Shown in pieces: positions 22,406 through 35,431 of a stretch of 63,854 bases of DNA. The notes beneath the pieces were generated by a model. That model did not search any database and had not been told where the DNA came from. It was given only the letters and a program-made list of their open reading frames with translations. Numbering within the stretch: position 1 is the first letter of the stretch; the number at the start of each line of letters is the position of its first letter. The position numbers and the translations under genes are program-made. The stretch comes from Sminthopsis crassicaudata (Eukaryota), in assembly GCF_048593235.1 (NCBI RefSeq), contig NC_133622.1, forward strand, positions 242,761,198-242,825,051, written 5' to 3'.

Positions 22406-23772
22406 ATTTTTGAAGTTACAAGATTTTATGGGATTCTCTAGTTCTGAGACAGATTAAAGTAGAAACCACAGATTACCATTATTAAAAGAGATTTTTAAAA
22501 ATATACTTTATATGCCAAACCTTTGCTACCACATCAACAGACCAATCTGTCCTGTCCCCATTGCCTTTTCAATTAAATTCAATAAGCCATATATGAGTAA
22601 ATCATTATGTGAAGATAATATAAATAGAGTAGGGGAGATAAACTTTAGATAATGCAAAATTATGGCTTGGTAACTATAGCTACCTTATAGTGCAACTAAT
22701 CAGGACAAATGATAAATAGACCAATAACCACAAATAAAATAACAATACCCAGCATTTACATAATTATTTTCAGATTTGCAAAGTATTTTATAAATATTAT
22801 CTCATTTGTGCCTTAAATAACTTTGAAAATAGGTGCCATTGTTATCCCACTTTTGCAAAGGAAGTAACTCAGACAGATAGAAAATAAATGATTAGCTTAA
22901 AAGCCACACAGCATGAAGTGTTTGAGTCTGAATCTGAAATCAGGTTATTTTGAAGTCCAGATCCAATGCTCCATCCATTATGCCACAGAGCAGAATAAAT
23001 GAGGGGAAATGAGAAAACATCTCATTCCCAGAAGAAAATAACTCTAAGACTTCTCATTCTAAATCCAATTTTTCTTCTCCTACATTGTCCAACTCACATG
23101 GTTTTTGACAATATTCTTATGTACCTCAAGGCCTTATGTAAATATGAACTCTTATTATTATTGTTGTCAATATTATTACATATGGCTTCTCAGAAATGAC
23201 TATTTATTGCTAATATTATAAACATTTATCATTCTCCTTCTTTGAATTATTATCTAGCTTGAGGTCCGAAACTTCTGCCATAATTGACCACATGGAAGTA
23301 ATATAATTATAGCACTTTCTGAAAAGCAAGGAGTTGACTTCACTTTGGGCCCATTTAGAACACTAGAAAATATCTAGGTCAGAACATCTGGATTTAAGTA
23401 ATTTCTGATCTGATTTATCACTAGCCATGCATCTTTAGGCAAATCATTTTTTTTTCAAATGGTTGCAGCTTCTTCCTCAGTTAATGGAAAAAACTTCACT
23501 TAATGACTTATAAGGATGCTCTTCCATCTACAAATCCTATAGCCAGATCATCTCATTTGCTTGCTTACATATATGTGCATAGGAAAACTATATTCTTTGA
23601 AATGAACCAAAAATCCAATGTGATTGCATAGAGCACTTAGCAAGCCTTTAAAAACTATGCAAATGATGGCTAACATTCTTACTATTATTTAATCATGAGA
23701 TTTTTGCCATTACACTTTATAGGTGAACATTTCATCAATATCACTCTTTCCCCTTTTTCTCTTATTCTATAC

Positions 23773-24185
23773 TGTTATGAGCCAGAACTCTGAACTTGAA
23801 ACAAGGATTTTTACAAGATGCTAATTCAGTAGAATTGATGAGGCAATGGTTATCTAGTTTAGCATGGCTTAATAGTTCTCTAAATTCAGCATGATTGATT
23901 TAATCTTACAACAAATAATGGTTTCTTAGTGATATAATGATTGGTTTATACTCAGTGTAGAGCATATAAGCCGGGAGCCTCCCCCAGGTTCATTCAGAGA
24001 GCTGGAGAAGACAAGCGGACTGGAGGCTGAAGCACAAGTCTTTGGACTCAGATTCATTCATCCCATCTCACACCACCTTGGTGGCAGCTTTTCCTTCTTA
24101 GTTTCTTCACTGAAACCAAGACTCCACAAGGCCTTTAAGAAAGCTAACCAGGCCTCAGGAAAGGAGACAAGACTTTGAAGGAGAT
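23773..24185 (+). mobile_element. 3'-truncated LTR of the same family as 4411-4887
   Basis: Same start (tgttatgagccagaactctgaa) and shared block ttggactcaga...catcccatctcacaccaccttggtggcag...gaaaccaagactcca...ggagacaagactttgaaggaga. No matching 3' terminus. Confidence 0.8.
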
Positions 24186-24974
24186 AATAGGTGAAAACCC
24201 ATTATCATTATCTTTGTCATATCATCTCTGTCTTCTTTTTCTCTCCTGTTTGTTTTTTGTTCCCCTCAAAGAATAACACAATTCCAGAATTGACAAGAAT
24301 CTAGGGAAAAGAATGGTAGAGCTGAGAGGAACCTTAGAACACATAATGCTAGAAATGAGAGCATTGTTAGGATGTGGAATTGCAGATGTGGCAAGGACCC
24401 GAGGACAGAGAACATAGAGTGTCAGAGTTTTAAGGGTTCTTGGGAAAAGGAATGTAAGAATGGGAAAGGATTTTACAGCACCATCTGTCATGTCATGTTT
24501 GGAAGAGATTATAAGCGATTATTTAGCATAATTAATTGGCTGATCTTAGAAGAAAAGAGAATTTCAAAGAAAATACTTGCCCAAAGTCACAGAGGGAATT
24601 GATGGCAGGACTGGGGTTTCCATTCAAAGCTTCCAAATGTCTATTACAATATCTTTTTTTTTTCCTTTTTTAAATTTATTTAATGAAACAAACATTTCTA
24701 TAACACAATACAATAAAATACATGATGGTATTTAATCTTCACAACAAGTCTAGGTGGTAGATGCCATTACTTAGACTGCCTCTAACTCTAAATGCATGCC
24801 TCCAATTCTAACCATTTTACAGTTGAGGAAAATGAGGTGAAGAGAGGTTGTCATAAGTTAGCAAGCATTTTTAAAAATGTAATTAAAATCATTTGTTTGT
24901 TTATTTTCCAAAGGCAATTGGAGTTAAGTGACTTGTCCAGGTTACAAAATTAGAAAGTATTAAGTGATTGAGGC

Positions 24975-25380
24975 CTCTTTCCCAAGACACAAATTTTTTT
25001 GTAAAAGGAAACGAAGAGTTCAGCAAAACCAACAATATCTAAAAAGTCTATCATTATATGAAATGATCCATAGTCATCTCAGCAAAGAAATGAAAGGATA
25101 TTTCTTCTCTTGGAAGGCAAAATTGATCATTTTAATTTCATAGGCTTCAATTTTAATTGTTTTGTTGAATATTCCATTTACATTGTTTTGAGGATTCTAC
25201 TTATTTTAATTGCATCAGTTCATATGAAGTCTTTCCATGATCTTATATGTTTATGACCTTGATTAAGTTCTATAGCATGGGAATATTCTGCTATAAAAAT
25301 GTCTAACTAAATAATGATATATTTTTTATAACAGATATATGTGCTTGACCTCTGAATGTATGTTTAGCAGTGGATTCTAA
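24975..25380 (-). mobile_element. Old L1 3' fragment
   Basis: Antisense L1 3'UTR/ORF2-end motifs (gcatcagttcatatgaagtctttcc). Confidence 0.5.
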
Positions 25381-25483
25381 TCAGGAATGCATTGGTTTTG
25401 TCTGTATAAATATATTTGATTTAAAATAATCAAAATAAATTATTTTGTATTTTGCAATCCTCCCTGTCTTTTGTTTGGTTATA

Positions 25484-25488
25484 TATAT

Positions 25489-25521
<33 letters not shown>

Positions 25522-25570
25522 TATATATATATACACACATATATATATATACATATACATATATATATAC
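25484..25570. repeat. (CA)n/(TA)n microsatellite
   Basis: Direct reading. Confidence 0.9.
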
Positions 25571-25649
25571 ATGGTATTATTCTTTATGTCCAAACCAAGC
25601 ATACATTTTGAGCTTAACTGGTAAAATATGTAAGATGTTGGGTTTCTAC

Positions 25650-26442
25650 TATGTTTCTGTTTTTCCAATTTTTTAAAATAATATTATGTTTTCCCAATTA
25701 CATGTAAAAGCAATTTATTTTCTTAAACTTTAAGTTCTAAATTCTCTCCCTCCCTTTCTCATTCTCTTACTTTACCCACATTGAATATTGTAAACAATTA
25801 TATGTCAGTATTACAAGTTGAATCATACAAAACATTTTCATATTAGTCATCTCATGTAAAAATATGAATATGAAAAGTAATAAAGAAATTGAAAAAACAG
25901 AATGCTTCAAATTGCATTCATAATCTACCACTTTTTTCTCTGAAGGTGGATGACACTTTTCATCATAAGATCTTTGAAACTGTCTTGAATCATTGCATTG
26001 TTGGGAATAGCTACATTCATAGTTGATCATTGAACAAAGTTTACACAGTGTTCTTCTGGTTCTGCTCTCTTTTCTTTGCATCAGTTCATGTATCAGTTTT
26101 TAAAAAATCATTCTGTTTATCATATCTTATAGGTACTATTGTATCTATATTAATTTTTCATTTATTTAACCTGCCAATGTTGAAATAATATTGTATTTCA
26201 TTATAATCATATACCACAACTTATACAGCCATTCCTCAACAGATGGACATTCCCTTAATTTCTAATTTTTTATCACCATAAAAAGTGTTTCTAAAATATT
26301 GGTACAAAAAGGTTGGGTTTTTTTCCTTTTAAAAAAATCTCTTTGGAATATAGCTCGGGTAATGGTATTGTGGGATCAGAGGGAATGCAGTTATATAGCT
26401 CTTTTGACATATCTCCAAATTGCTCTCAAGAATGGTTGAACC
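25650..26442 (-). mobile_element. L1 3' end (3'UTR plus ORF2 C-terminus)
   Basis: Antisense motifs gatggacattccctta, ggtattgtgggatcagaggg and ccaaattgctctcaagaatggttgaacc. Confidence 0.75.
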
Positions 26443-27389
26443 CAATAATACCAATTCTGGCCAAATCTCTTAACTCTTAAGTACCTCAGTTTTCTCATCT
26501 CTAAAATGAGGGGTTTTACTCAATGACCTCAAAGGTCCCTAAATCTATGATTGTATGATTAATGTCTTCCCCAATATCAGAATAACCCAATATGATAATA
26601 AAAGGAAGATAACATTACCATAAGAGCAAAAGGACATATTAGAAATCAAACAAAGTAGCATAAATCAAAATGGCAGAACAAGTTAAGAGACAAAAGAGAA
26701 AAGGAATCAAAGTAATGCCCTTATTGGGGAGAACAAGGAAGCCTTCTTGGATGAATGGACATGAATCAATCCTTGATACATGAATGGTATTTTGACATGC
26801 ATAGAGAAGAGGCAGAAGGGTAGAGTGAGAAGTAAATAGAGTAAGAGAAGAGAAAACATAATAAGCAATAACATAAATGTTAAAAAAAAACTATCTACAG
26901 AATGTGTTGGGGACCAAATTGACTAGAATCCAGAGCGATAAATTTAGAAGCTACCATGGATAAGAGTGTGTGACAAAGAGACCTTACATATCTATTTATA
27001 TGTGTTCCAGATTGAAAAAGGTCTTTGGATGTTTCTTTTTTTGGGGGGGGGGGATTCAGATTTTGGTCTCACAGCCTAGATTATGGGACTTCCAGGTCAG
27101 CTGGTTCAATCTCATCATATTACAGATGAGGAACCTAAGGACATGAGAGGTGAAATGCTTTGTTAAAGGTTACATAGCTAGTATTTATGAAGTCTATGTT
27201 TTGAGTCTAAATCATCATTTCTTTTTCAATTCAGGGCATCTATCATTCTTCTTCCATGCAGTAGAAAATTTTCTTCTGATTCAAAGAATGAAAATCCAGA
27301 AGTGCATTTGGAGAATTATTGTCTCCAACATTAAGATAAACAGGGATATTGAAAAAGGAAAATCCCTCTTTGAGTAAAATATGACATAT

Positions 27390-27597
27390 TGGCTCCAATT
27401 AATGGCCCCAAACTCCAGAACAATTCTAATTGATACTTTGGAGACTGAAGTGTGAGTTTCTGAATCACTTGACTAAGAGAGGTCCCAAAGGAAGTGATAG
27501 GACATAGGCAAGGATCCAAGAGAAGATATGTTAGAGCTGAAGAGAAAAAGAGAAACACACTATCTTCTCCCACAAGCTGAGTCCTACCAAAATGAAA
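27390..27597 (+). promoter_or_regulatory. Predicted promoter and first non-coding exon of OR9G4
   Basis: Homeodomain motifs ccaattaatg and tctaattg, EBF-like TCCCAAAGGA near 27483, donor AAA|GTAAGT at 27598. Confidence 0.45.
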
Positions 27598-28497
27598 GTA
27601 AGTGACTAGGAATAGAAATGATATTTGAGTACTAAATAAGCATGTTCTAATTGTAATCTTAGGCCCATAAGACCAAAGATTTCAGAGTAGACATGAAGAA
27701 GTTTGAGATGACATTGTCTTAACTTTTGCTTTAGAGATGAAGAAACTGAAGGTCAGAGAAATTAGGAAGAAACTTTCTTAAGACTACATGAATACAAAAT
27801 AGTAGCAGCAGGATACACAGTATATAATAAGATAATCATTTTATAAATGGAAGAGAACTTAGAGATTGTTCAGTCTTACATCTTCATTTCACAGTTAGCA
27901 AATAAGTCCCAAAGAGGTTCAAAATTATATCCCAACTCAGATTGATAGTAGCAGTCAGAATTTGAACTAATGTCACATTCTTCCAAATCAAGTGTTCTTT
28001 TTACTACAGCAAACTGAATTTTAAACAATAATAAATTGTTTTTGCATTATTTGATGATGGCAAATAAAATCTTTCAGTGTCCTCTTTTTTGAAATAATGA
28101 GAATAATAATTATAGCCTTACATAAAGTGTTTTCCCAACTTTAAATTGCTATTTATATACTATTTGTAATTGCTTAAATAATTTAATATTTACTTTCTTA
28201 TTTGTGAACATATATATTACAGATATTAGAATAAGATTCAGAGAAGTAAAATCTAGTGTTGTCATGAAATGAGTTGTATAGGATTTAATCTAGTTCATTG
28301 TAGCTTTAAATCCAGTGTCATTTCCTCCATTTGCTTCGTTTTCTTGGGTTGAGGATGTGTGAAATCTAATAGGGGTCCAAGAGAAACTTCCTACTATGTT
28401 TTCTTCTTAGAATACTTTTGAAATTAATAATGTAGCAATGCATTGCACATAACTATCTCCTTTCTTTCTTTCCTTTAAATTCTTCATTTTTTTCCAG

Positions 28498-28540
28498 GCT
28501 TCTGTATTTTCAAAAAAGCTGGACTTCCTTTTGTGATGCT
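28498..28540 (+). other. Predicted 43-nt internal 5'UTR exon of OR9G4
   Basis: Long polypyrimidine tract ending ttttccag| at 28497 and donor |GTAAGT at 28541. Confidence 0.45.
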
Positions 28541-29079
28541 GTAAGTATTCACTGATCTAACCATCTATTTAAGGTTTAGCATTCCCCCTTCTTTCTGCTC
28601 ACTGAAATAACTACAAATAGAATTATATATTACTTCAGAAATCAGGAAGAAAGCTGATGAGTATAGCTTTTTCCTCCATTTGGTATGGCATGAGTACTTC
28701 AGAAATGGCCAGTCATTCCCTTTGTACTTTAGCCAAGCTGATCTATAATAGATACTCAAATCACCACTATCTATACTTTCCAGCATGTGAATCTTTTCCT
28801 CATTATATAAGTTTAGGATCATAAGTTTTAGACATGATCTTGTTCACTCACATCATTTGAAAGAAATAACATTCTGGAGAAGGATACAATCTTTTTCAAG
28901 GCAATAATTTCCTTAGGAAGTTAATATACTTTTTTCTTTTATTTAGCAATCAGTGACTTCAATACTTTAATAAAGACAAATATTTATTCTTTAAATCTAT
29001 ATTTTATTATTGAAAAAAGCACCAAACAAAAAAGCAAGGAGAACTAATTTCTAATCCTGGTTCTACCATTAAATAGCTG

Positions 29080-29084
<5 letters not shown>

Positions 29085-29121
<37 letters not shown>

Positions 29122-29125
29122 GTAT
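29085..29125. repeat. (TA)n microsatellite
   Basis: Direct reading. Confidence 0.9.
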
Positions 29126-29559
29126 ATATATATATTATATTTTATATAATATAATATGAAAGTCATAAATTCATTCTGGTATTTAGTTTCAATTTCTGTA
29201 AAATAAAAGTTTTGGGCTGAATACTATTTAAGTTAACATATCTTATAGTATAGATTCTCAGGATCCTCCAGTTTAAATCTTCTAGAAGTCAATTATTACA
29301 CCAACATTTTCACTTATTAAAGAAAATATTTTCTTAAGGATGGTTTGAGGATGGATAGGAAGGATCCTAAAATTTCTTTTGTAGGTCTATAATTTGGAAA
29401 TACCTTGCTTTTTATTGGTGTTACAAAGAATACACTATGCCTTTGAAAGGCATACAGAAGAATTACCATTTTGCAATACGTTATTCAAACATCTATTTTT
29501 CTAGCTCCAGTCACCTTTCTGAATGCAAATCTCATTTTGCCATTTCTCAATTTATGGGC

Positions 29560-30240
29560 ATTTCAAGATGAATTTCCCATAAGTACCTCAAGCTCAACAT
29601 TCACAAACAAAATTTTTATCTTTCCTTCAAAGTCTCTTCTCTTCTTAATTTTATTGGTACTGTCAGAGATTCCACCATTCTTGCTATCTAGTTTCATAAT
29701 GTTGGTTTGTCTCATCTTCAGCTCCTCACTGTTACTCATTCCTCATCGCCAAGCAACTACCAAATAAAATTATTGCTAATTATACATTTCTCATATTGAG
29801 AAACTTCACTCCATACACAAACCATTCTAGGTTAAGTCCTTGAATATTTCAGCATAACTATTGTAATTGTCCCCTAACTGGTTATCCATTTTATGTTTAT
29901 CAATCCCCCTCCCTCAGATCCACACTCCACACTGCAGCCAAAGTGATTGTGCTGAAGTTCAAGTCTGATCATGTCAATACTTTAACTCAACAAATTCCAA
30001 TTCCTTCCTTTCTTGTATCAAATATCAAACAATCTATGTGGAATTTGAAGCACTTCATAACCTGCCCTGGTATTATCTTTCCAGCCCTTTAGCACATTGC
30101 CCCTCCCCGCATAATCAATTCTAGCCATTTAAGCCTATTTGGTACACCTCATATATAATATTCTGTATTTCACTTATGGGGTTTTGCTCTCTATCCCCAC
30201 ATCTGCAATATTTTTCCCTCCTATCTTCCAGCTCTTATAT
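29560..30240 (+). mobile_element. L2 LINE fragment, resuming at about 31725-31800 after a nested L1
   Basis: L2 motifs (cctcaagctcaacat, actgcagccaaagtgatt, aagtctgatcatgtc), with continuation ttcctttaagactcagttcag after 31730. Confidence 0.6.
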
Positions 30241-31695
30241 TTTTTCTTTAATGGTATTTTATTTCCCTAGATACACATAAAGATAATGTTCAACATTCAT
30301 TTTGTAAGACATTGTGTTCCAATTTTTTTCTCCCTCTCTTTCTTATCTTTCCCCTCTGCAAGACAGCAAGCAATTTAATATAGGTTAAATATATACAATC
30401 CTTTTAAACATATTTCCATATTTGTCATGTTGTGAAAGAAAAAAATAAGGCCAAAAGGGAAATAAAACTATGAGGAAAAAAGCAGATACTATGAAAATAT
30501 GATGCTTTGATTGACATTCAGTTGCCACAGTTTTCTCTGTGGATACAGATGACATTTTCCATCTGAGAGATTCAAATTATCTCAGCTATAACAAAAGTGA
30601 CTAAGGCAGAGCTCTGAGCCAATGACACTTTATTAAAGGGTCCATGGTCTCCTCTAATCTGATTGATGTATTTTCTTCATGATCTGAGATGCCTCTTTCT
30701 TCCAAGGCGCTGTTTTTATAGGACTAGATGTCCAGTTCCACTGATTGGTATGTGACACATAAGTTAAAATAAGCAAAATTATATGTCAGCAGGACACATA
30801 TTGGGTGAAGTAAGGAATATTTCCTCACAAGATGAGCAGGCATCTTTTTAGGCTGGGCAGGAGGAAATGGTATAAGTTATCATACAATGACCCAAGTAGC
30901 CATGTTCCTATTGGACAAGGGATTGGTACAAAAATATTGGATTCATTGTACACTGGGCTTGGTCACTATAATAAGGCAAAACAAGACTGCAGGGTCTTTA
31001 GTTAACTTCCTGTACTTGACCTAAGTGAACTTAGAATCTACAGCTCAAGTCTCTGGAGCCTTATATATAGAACGTTGATGTGATTCTCACAAATTGATCA
31101 ATAATGATTGGAATAGATCAGGGGTCCAAAACAATAATCTCTCACACATCTGAAGTCTATTAGAAATGTTTTGAATCATCACATTGCCAATAAAAGCCAA
31201 GTCCATCACTATTGATCATCATGTAAGCTTTGTATTACTGTGTAAAAAGATCTCTTGAGATTTTACTCACTTTACTCAGCATCAGTTCATATAAGGTTTT
31301 CCAGGTATTTTTGAAAGAAGCCTGCTCAAAATTTGATATAAGGTAATAATATTCCATTAAATTCATAAGCCATAACTTATTCAGCCATATCCCAATTGAT
31401 GGGCTTCCATTCAATTTCTAATTCTTTACTACTACAAAAAGAGCTGCTTCAAACATCTTTGGGCATGTGGGTCTTTTCCTCTCTTTTATGATCTCATTTG
31501 GATATAGACTCAATAGTGAAACTGCTAGAACAAAAGATATGCACAGTTTTACAGCACTTTGGGCATAGTTCTAAATTGCTTTTTAGAATGGTTGAATCAG
31601 TTCACAACTTTACCCACAATACATTACTTTCCCACATCCCCACCAACTTTTGTCATTATCTTTTCCTGTTATCTTAGCCAATCTGAGGGGTGTGA
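30240..31695 (-). mobile_element. L1 3' end split by an LTR insertion
   Basis: Antisense L1 3'UTR at 30240-30563. ORF2 end at 31145-31695 (cagccatatcccaattgatggg, gaatggttgaatcagttcacaac, atcttagccaatctgagggg). Confidence 0.75.
30564..31144 (-). mobile_element. Solo LTR (581 bp) nested in L1
   Basis: Perfect 9-bp terminal inverted repeat TGAGAGATT...AATCTCTCA. On the minus strand: CCAAT near 30745, TATAAAAA at 30720-30713 and AATAAA at 30634-30629. TSD imperfect (tccatc/cacatc). Confidence 0.7.
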
Positions 31696-32788
31696 AAACT
31701 TTCGGTTGTTAATAAAAATTTAAAAATCCCTTCCTTTAAGACTCAGTTCAGATATTCCCACCACCATGAACTTTCTCTGTCCTTCCAACTACCAGTGTCT
31801 TATATTTTTTTTACTTTTTTTAATATTTTCCCAGTTATATTCAAAAGAATGTTTTACATTTATTTTTGTAACTTTTGATTCTACTTCTCTCCCTTATCCC
31901 CATCCATAGTTTAGAAACCAGATGTGAAGTTATGCAAAACATATTCATAACAGTTAAGTTGTGAAAGAAAACATAGATCTCCCACTCTAATGAAAATAAA
32001 ACCCTTCAACAAAAGTTAAATTGAAAATATATACAATGAATATACTATGTATATCCAGAGTGGAAAGGACACTGGCTCCAGAATCATAGAATTTGACATC
32101 ATATCTCACCACTAATTCTTACTGGTCCCTGTATAATCATGAAAAAAAAAAGACAAAACAAAACTCATTTACTTTCCAGCCTTAAATTTCTGAACTGTGA
32201 AAGGAGAGAGTTAGAAATGAAGAAACCTTTGATGGTTTTTCTTTTTTTCAGATTTTCAACCATAACCCTATGTTCTATAAAAAGAAAAAAAGCTTTCTTA
32301 CATTATCTCTAAGCTCCTATGTGACTCTGACATTCTGTGTTATATTAAAACCTTTTCTAATTCAGATATTTTATATTCTATCTCCAAATCTAATATTCTG
32401 TGCTTAACATTCTAAGGTCTCTTCAGTGTCTGAAATTTTAAGATGTCCATATTGCTCTTCTGTGAAATGGTAGAAAAAGCCTAGATAGTAGCAAAATAGC
32501 ATTTATATATTGCTTTAAGCTTCAGAGAGACCTCTACGTGCATTATCTCATTGAACCACATGATAATCATGGGATATGGGTGCTTTTATGAGGCCCATTT
32601 TACAACCTGAGAGATTTAGAGCTTAAGTGATATGCCCAAGGCCATAAAGACAGTAAGCTGCTGAGGCAGAATGTGAACTTAGTTCTTCATGGCTCCAAGT
32701 ATAAGTCCTCCTCTGTGCTATCCATATGATCCATGGGATTAATCCAGATCTAAATCATATGAATTTATAAACTTTACATATCTCTTGG

Positions 32789-33769
32789 ATGTCTCTTGGA
32801 CTCTTTAAGATGGCTGCCACCAGTATGTCAGTGGAAGTGGGGAATCGGACCACCTTGACTGAATTCATCTTGATTGGTTTCTCAGCTGATCCCCAGATGC
32901 AATTGATTTTCTTTGGAGCTTTTTTGGCTCTTTATTTGATAACATTGGCAGGGAACATGATTCTAGTTGTCTTAATCAGAATTGACTCCCGTTTGCATAC
33001 TCCTATGTATTTTTTCATTGGCAATCTGTCATTCTTGGATTTCTGGTATACATCTGTATACAGCCCCAAAATCCTGGCCACCTGTATATCTGAAGACAAG
33101 CGTATCTCCTTAGCAGGTTGTGGTGCTCAGTTTTTCTTTTCCTGTGTTGTGGGCTACACTGAGTGTTACCTGCTTGCTGCCATGGCCTATGACCGCTATG
33201 TAGCAATCTGTAACCCCCTTCTCTATTCAGCTGCCATGTCCAGATCTCTCTGTGTTGGGCTGGTTTCTGGGTCTTATGTAGCTGGCTTTTTGAATGCCAT
33301 AGGCCACACAGCTAACACATTTCGCCTGAAATTTTGTGGGAAAAATATCATCGACCACTTCTTTTGTGATGTACCACCCCTGGTAAAGATGTCCTGCACT
33401 GATACAAAAGTTTATGAGAAGATACTCATGGGAATGGTGGGTTTTGCAGTTTTGTCTAGCATACTGGCCATCCTGACATCCTACTTCAATATCCTCCTGG
33501 CCATCCTTCGCATCCGCTCAGCCTCAGGGAGATGGAAGGCTTTCTCCACCTGTGCCTCTCACATGATCTCTGTCATGCTTTTCTATGGCTCCCTCCTCTT
33601 CATGTACTCAAGACCCAGCTCAACTTATTCCCTGGAGAAAGACAAGTTGGCTGCCCTGTTCTACACAGTGGTGAATCCCTTGCTCAATCCCATGATCTAT
33701 AGCTTCAGGAACAAGGATGTAAAGGAGGCCTTCAAAAAAGCAATACAAAGCATCAAAATAGCAAGATGA
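32789..33769 (+). CDS. OR9G4: Olfactory receptor 9G4 orthologue, intact, 326 aa (likely true start 32810)
   Basis: Matches recalled human OR9G4 signatures: [85 protein letters not shown]. Probable splice acceptor ctctttaag| immediately before the ATG at 32810. Confidence 0.93.
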   Translation: MSLGLFKMAATSMSVEVGNRTTLTEFILIGFSADPQMQLIFFGAFLALYLITLAGNMILVVLIRIDSRLHTPMYFFIGNLSFLDFWYTSVYSPKILATCISEDKRISLAGCGAQFFFSCVVGYTECYLLAAMAYDRYVAICNPLLYSAAMSRSLCVGLVSGSYVAGFLNAIGHTANTFRLKFCGKNIIDHFFCDVPPLVKMSCTDTKVYEKILMGMVGFAVLSSILAILTSYFNILLAILRIRSASGRWKAFSTCASHMISVMLFYGSLLFMYSRPSSTYSLEKDKLAALFYTVVNPLLNPMIYSFRNKDVKEAFKKAIQSIKIAR

Positions 33770-33820
33770 TTTTTATTCATATCTGAGATATTTTTATCCC
33801 TTCCCTAAAATTAGGAGACA

Positions 33821-33826
33821 AATAAA
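33821..33826 (+). terminator. Candidate polyadenylation signal for OR9G4
   Basis: AATAAA about 50 nt after the stop codon. Confidence 0.35.
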
Positions 33827-34562
33827 TCATGTGTTTTTTTTTAGTATTTTCTTTTCAAAATTCATGTAAATATGATAGTTTCTTATATTGATTTAGGAAA
33901 TAGTTGCAAAAGGTAAAGGTATAACAAAATTTCAAATGAAAAATAATTTCTTAGAAGAAAAAAGAAAAGAGCTTTATTCGGTACACTGCCATTAGCTACC
34001 TGGTCAATCTAGGGCAAATAACATAACTTTAGTAAGTTTCTTTCTATAAAAAGTAGGGTGCTAAAATGAATTCTAAAATCCTGATGTTTTCCAAATGTAA
34101 TCTTCTAATTTAGTTGAATTCCAAAATGTATTTGTTAAAACAATAACAAAATTTAGTCATAGCACAGTATTTGTGAAGATCCCCTTCTTAATGTTTGATT
34201 CTTTTATACATATTCAAAAATCTATGAGTAACCTGAACTCCCTACTAGCCAAGGCAGCAGTGTGTTGTAGTAGAATGTACCCAGCTACTCAAATAAACAC
34301 AGAGCTATCAGACCAATAACTGCTGAGTACTGTTGGAAACTCTATAAGATTATAAATTTCACAAAAGAAAAAAGAAAAGGAAGCGGGGAGGTGTCTTACA
34401 GTGCTAGAGGAAATATCCTCAAGAAAGAGTTCTCTAACGTAATAAAATTGAAGTTCTAATCCTTTTTCTGATCACATGAAATAAAAATACATATTGATCT
34501 TACTGGGTAAATATTAGCTCAAGCACACATTTTCAAATTGTTTTAAAATAAAAATAAAAAGA

Positions 34563-34740
34563 GGGGAGCAGCTGGTTGGTTTAATGGATAGAATACCAGT
34601 CCTGAAGTCAGGAGAATCTAAGTTCAAATGTGTTTTTAACACTTCCTGGCTGTGTGACTCTGAGCAAGTCACTTAACCCCAATTGCCTCAGCAAAAATAA
34701 ATGAACGAATGAATGAACAAATAAATAAATAAATAAAAGT
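34563..34740 (+). mobile_element. CORE-SINE with (TGAA)/(TAAA) tail
   Basis: ggggagcagctgg...agtcaggagaatctaagttcaaat...caagtcacttaaccccaattgcctcagc. Confidence 0.75.
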
Positions 34741-35159
34741 TAGACCAATAAAAACTTTTTTTTTTTTTTTTAATGGAACTTTTCATAGCTTTTACTGCTA
34801 AACCATACCCACCCTAGTCAGGCAGAGAAGATATGGCTTCAAAGGACATTGACGAAATGTGTTTATCAAAAGAAAGAAAGAGACAGAGATAGAGACAAAG
34901 AAAGAGAGACTATTATAGAAATAGTGTCTTTTTAAATGTAGAATTTCAGAGACATCTGAGTAGAACAGTTAAAGAGAATGCTGGATGTGGAGCCAAGACA
35001 GACATAATTTCAAAGTAGTCTCAGACACTTATCAGCTATATGACCCTGGATAAATCATTTCACTTGAGTTTGTTTGACTTTTTTCTCACCTATAAAATGG
35101 ATAATCAGAGCTATTTTAAGAATGAAATGAAATATTTGTCATTGTTTTTATTCACTTAC

Positions 35160-35219
35160 TTAGTCATGTCCAACTTTTTATGACCCTGGGGACCATACTG
35201 TCCATGGGGTTTTCTTGGC

Positions 35220-35268
<49 letters not shown>

Positions 35269-35431
35269 TATCAGATTGGCTTGCCATTTTCTTTTCCAGT
35301 GAATTAAGGCAAAAAGAGGCTAAGGGACTAGCCCAACCTTGAAAGCTATTAAGTGTCTAAAGCTGGGTTTGAACTCAGATCTTCATTACTTCAGGTCCCG
35401 TGTTCTATTCATTGAGCAGTCTAGCTTCCTC
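35160..35431 (-). mobile_element. MAR1-type SINE containing an expanded poly(A)/(TA)n tract at about 35220-35270
   Basis: RTE-like tail (tagtcatgtccaact...gttttcttggcaaa) and SINE head (ctagcttcctc). Confidence 0.65.
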
